A DNA stretch of 64,000 bases. It comes from Acinetobacter phage Mokit. The position numbers and the translations under genes were made by a program. The number at the start of each line of letters is the position of its first letter. The first letter of the stretch is position 1. Location: sequence record MW388002.1. One strand, written 5' to 3'. Below, in pieces: positions 62,101 through 64,000 of the stretch. Under the pieces are notes generated by a model. The model was not told the DNA's origin and did no database searches. It saw nothing but the letters and a program-made list of their open reading frames with translations.

Positions 62101-62975
62101 AAAATACTGCTATTGCATTGACATTAGACGAGTTTAATAGTCAAATTGCAAATCATGATTTCCAGCGGACCAACATGTTCTCTATGCATTTTGCGACTAG
62201 ACCTTCATCTAAGTCGCAACAGTATCTTGGACAGATTGCAAACCGAAGAGACGATAGTATTGCTTCTACGTTAGATGCACTAGGAATCACCAATGAAAAT
62301 ATACAAAATGCTATCACTTCAATCATAACTATCGGGACACAAAAGGTCATTCGAAAGGCAGGTGTATCTAAAGTACTTATGGGTGCGATGACAAATCGTG
62401 TAGTTCAGTCACTTTTAGGTGAACTTAATGTAGGTACATATTTACTCGAATATTTTGATATGGCCTTTCCTACATCAGGCTTATTAGTTCAATCGTGTAA
62501 AATACCTGACAATCATCTAAATTATGAAATGGATCGCCAGCATAATGCTCCAAGTGTAAAAATCACAGGCCGAGACTTTGAGCCACTTGTAATTACATTT
62601 AGAATGGATTCAAAGTCTGCAAACTATCGTGCCATGATAGATTGGGTTAATGCAGTAGAAGATCCTATTACTGGGCTTCGTGGGTTACCAATTGATGTAG
62701 AAGCTGACATTCAAATCAATTTGCACGGGCGTGACGGATATCCACACACTGCATATATGTTTACTGGATGTATCCCTATGGTAGTAGGTGGTCCACAGTT
62801 ATCGTATGAAGATAATAACCAAATAACTACATTTGATGTAACTTATGCATATAGAACTATGCAAGTCGGTGCAATTAGTCTGAATGCCGCAAAAGAATGG
62901 ATGGAAAATTCAGCAATAGGCTTGCAAAAAACTCAATTGGATACAAATATGAACTTTACATCAAGATTGGCATAA
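62097..62975 (+). CDS. 54: baseplate tail-tube initiator gp54
   Basis: 292 aa; ATGA overlap with gene 48. Confidence 0.7.
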   Translation: MKNTAIALTLDEFNSQIANHDFQRTNMFSMHFATRPSSKSQQYLGQIANRRDDSIASTLDALGITNENIQNAITSIITIGTQKVIRKAGVSKVLMGAMTNRVVQSLLGELNVGTYLLEYFDMAFPTSGLLVQSCKIPDNHLNYEMDRQHNAPSVKITGRDFEPLVITFRMDSKSANYRAMIDWVNAVEDPITGLRGLPIDVEADIQINLHGRDGYPHTAYMFTGCIPMVVGGPQLSYEDNNQITTFDVTYAYRTMQVGAISLNAAKEWMENSAIGLQKTQLDTNMNFTSRLA

Positions 62976-62997
62976 ATACAATCATTAGGAGATACTT

Positions 62998-64000
62998 ATG
63001 TTAGATATGTTAACCGAATCACAATTAAATGAAGCGTTTGAAAGTGAAGATACTTATGACGTTATTGATCTTATGCCAAAGGCAAAAACTCCACAAATGT
63101 TTCTGCTCAAAGGTGAAGGGATCAGCAACTTAGTTGTCCGTTTAATGGGGCAAAAAGAAAATGGCGATACTTTGCGTAATTTATTGCCGACTGACAAAAA
63201 TGTTGTTGCGTTTATTATGACACTCAACGATAAAGGTAACTTAAGCGAACTCAAAGGTGGTCTTGGGGCAAATCCACTTAAATCTCTTGTGAGCATTTTT
63301 GATGCAGTTTATCATGCAATCAATGTGCCGATGGTACAAACAGTTATGTTCAGATTTCCTGCAAAGAAAATGGCAGGACAAGAGAAAAGTGTTCGTCGAA
63401 TTATGGAACGTTTGATTCAAATTCGCGGAAAAAGTAAATTTTCTGTACTTTCAGAATTAGCTAGTTATTCAGCAAAATATTCATATGTAGTAGCATATAA
63501 GAAAAATATCGAATTGACTGATATCCCTGGCGGGAAAATTGATCAAGAACGATTTAAACGTGTGGACACTAAAGTTGGCGAAGTATATGTTGACAACGAG
63601 ACAGGTAAAGAAACTTCTAAGGCTGAAGCTGTAGCTCAAGCAATTTCGACAGCTGTAAGTAAAATTACTACACAATCGGTTATTACTAAATCAAAAATTA
63701 GCCGACGTGAAGCTATGGCTGCAATGTATTCATCTTCACAATTTAAAACTCACGGTAAGGTTGACCCGGATGTTCTAAAATATGACAATACACATTCTGT
63801 TTATGCAGCAACAGGAAATAAAACTGAAATTCAGCAATTGATTAGTAAAGCTGATCTAAGTGAAGTAGGATCTTACTTAAAACAGTATGACCATAGAACA
63901 TGGGATGAAAATTTCACTTCGGCAAAACATATAACACACGTTCGTGATATGATCACGTCTAATATCAAAGAAATGCTTGGACATAGTTCGTCATCGGCTG
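62998..64000 (+). CDS. alt: Alt-like ADP-ribosyltransferase (packaged, injected), partial: runs off the window end
   Basis: Open frame from ATG 62998 to the window end (MLDMLTESQLNEAF...). Position after gene 54 as in T4. Blocks such as ELTDIPGGKIDQERFKRVDTKVGEVYVDNETGKE and KISRREA resemble my recollection of T4 Alt. The ORF track lacks it because it has no stop in the window. Confidence 0.45.
   Translation, partial: MLDMLTESQLNEAFESEDTYDVIDLMPKAKTPQMFLLKGEGISNLVVRLMGQKENGDTLRNLLPTDKNVVAFIMTLNDKGNLSELKGGLGANPLKSLVSIFDAVYHAINVPMVQTVMFRFPAKKMAGQEKSVRRIMERLIQIRGKSKFSVLSELASYSAKYSYVVAYKKNIELTDIPGGKIDQERFKRVDTKVGEVYVDNETGKETSKAEAVAQAISTAVSKITTQSVITKSKISRREAMAAMYSSSQFKTHGKVDPDVLKYDNTHSVYAATGNKTEIQQLISKADLSEVGSYLKQYDHRTWDENFTSAKHITHVRDMITSNIKEMLGHSSSSA

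Overview
This window reads as a T4-like (Tevenvirinae) myovirus segment: gene order and protein similarity follow phage T4 closely. Gene-family names are assigned from recalled T4 protein similarity and gene order; no database search was possible. The segment is AT-rich.

Bases 1-9950 carry early-type genes on the minus strand. These include an AAA+ ATPase, a Pol-beta-type nucleotidyltransferase, a TraR/DksA zinc-finger protein, a tandem cluster of signal-peptide proteins, a signal-peptide lytic transglycosylase in the position of T4 gene e, a GIY-YIG seg-like endonuclease and a lipoprotein.

Bases 9960-12870 are a minus-strand tRNA cluster interspersed with small ORFs. Hand folding gives Pro(UGG), Ser(UGA), Asn(GUU), Arg(UCU), Thr(UGU) and a CAU tRNA. 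It also gives a well-formed tRNA whose anticodon reads CUA (amber), and three tRNA-like elements that do not fold canonically.

The T4 block 57B(Acb1)-57A-1-3-2-4 follows on the minus strand. The late morphogenesis block follows on the plus strand in T4 order: 53, 5 (tail lysozyme), 5.1, 5.4 (PAAR), 6-12, wac, 13-15, 16, 17, 18, 19, 20, 67, 68, 21, 22, 23, 24. After it come a 1092-aa Hoc-like protein (minus), an Inh-like ORF, uvsW, small minus-strand genes, then 25-26 (minus) and 51-27-28-29-48-54 (plus), and a partial Alt-like gene at the window end.

Features departing from T4:
- a CHAP-like cysteine-peptidase domain fused to the C-terminus of gp27
- an HNH endonuclease with its own late promoter inserted between genes 18 and 19
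- an extra ORF between the terminase genes 16 and 17
- an apparent ATT start for gp15
- a roughly 70-bp inverted repeat pair (15555-15624 and 55171-55239) carrying promoter-like boxes and bracketing the whole late block
- repeated terminator palindromes

At least ten consensus T4 late promoters (TATAAATA) were found; ten are listed as features.
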